A stretch of DNA of 64,000 nt, taken from assembly GCF_006345805.1 (NCBI RefSeq), contig NC_043017.1:13206001-13270000 (forward strand), written 5' to 3'. The notes beneath the pieces were generated by a model, which ran no database searches, had not been told where the DNA came from, and worked only from the letters and a program-made list of their open reading frames with translations. Made by a program: the position numbers and the translations under genes. The DNA comes from Octopus sinensis. Lineage: Eukaryota. Below are positions 63,325 to 64,000 of the stretch, in pieces (positions within the stretch are counted from its first letter, which is position 1; each line of letters begins with the position of its first letter).

Positions 63325-63371
63325 GTGTGTGTGTGTGTGTGTGGTGTGTGTGTGTGTGTGTGTGTGTGTGA
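63281..63371. repeat. (GT)n microsatellite, about 90 bp
   Basis: Direct reading; many further (TA)n, (CA)n, (GA)n and (ATT)n tracts occur throughout the window. Confidence 0.95.
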
Positions 63372-64000
63372 CATGTTAGTTCTAAGAGAAAGAGAGAGAG
63401 AGCAGACCTATAATCAAAGGCATTCCAGCTGTAACCATTCCATCTTTATACTTTACAAGATTCTTTGTGGACTGGAGTAAATTATTTAATGTGTCCGTCA
63501 TGTTGTTGTTAAGATAAAATGTAATTTGAGAAATACCTAACTGCTACGTTTTGCATTTTCAGCAACAATGTAGAGGTCCCATTCTTTGGCTCCTCAACTA
63601 AAATGTAGAAGGCAGTACAAAGAACACAGATATATCAATGGTTGATTCTGTCAATCCATCCAACTCTTGATAGCATGGAAAACAGGTGTTAAAAGATGAT
63701 GATGGCCATGGTGGGAAAGACTTTGATTTGTAGGTCTGCTTGATCAGGACCAAACAAAGATGATGTTGACTTAGCGTGGATGTCAATAGTTTGTATGTTT
63801 ACTCATCCAAAAGTTTTTCTTCATCAAAGTCTTTTGTGATAAGTTTTATCTTTAGTCCCATTATTTTATTACACACAATTATGATTAATGAAACGAGGTA
63901 AACCGTGAACTTTAAAATCGTTTTTTTTTTTACTTTTAACCCTTTAGTGTTTAAACCGGCCATATCTGGCCCAGATATTCTACATGTTTTATATTCTAAC

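Overview
AT-rich, repeat-dense eukaryotic DNA. The SINE, LINE and microsatellite families look like those of octopus (coleoid cephalopod); the organism is inferred from recalled repeat families, not proven. Three spliced genes were reconstructed by hand with GT-AG introns and consistent phases. (1) A + strand 4-exon gene (4321-11373, 251 aa) made almost entirely of three tandem MLLE/PABC domains, with no RRM or HECT domain. (2) A complete - strand 12-exon ODR4 orthologue (35758-15140, 457 aa, C-terminal TM anchor). (3) A - strand 3-exon double-hotdog, acyl-ACP-thioesterase-like gene (59173-48739, about 302 aa) whose catalytic motif looks degenerate. A fourth gene may run off the left edge. The rest is tRNA-derived SINEs (at least 3 families), RTE and CR1 LINE fragments, non-autonomous Helitrons, piggyBac- and hAT-type MITEs, a mariner fossil and several inverted or direct duplications. 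The most striking observations are the stand-alone tri-MLLE protein and a (TA)n-flanked 140-bp repeat (2 copies) that folds as a minimal type I hammerhead ribozyme with a swapped G3:C8 core. Several other Penelope-type hammerhead motifs are also present.
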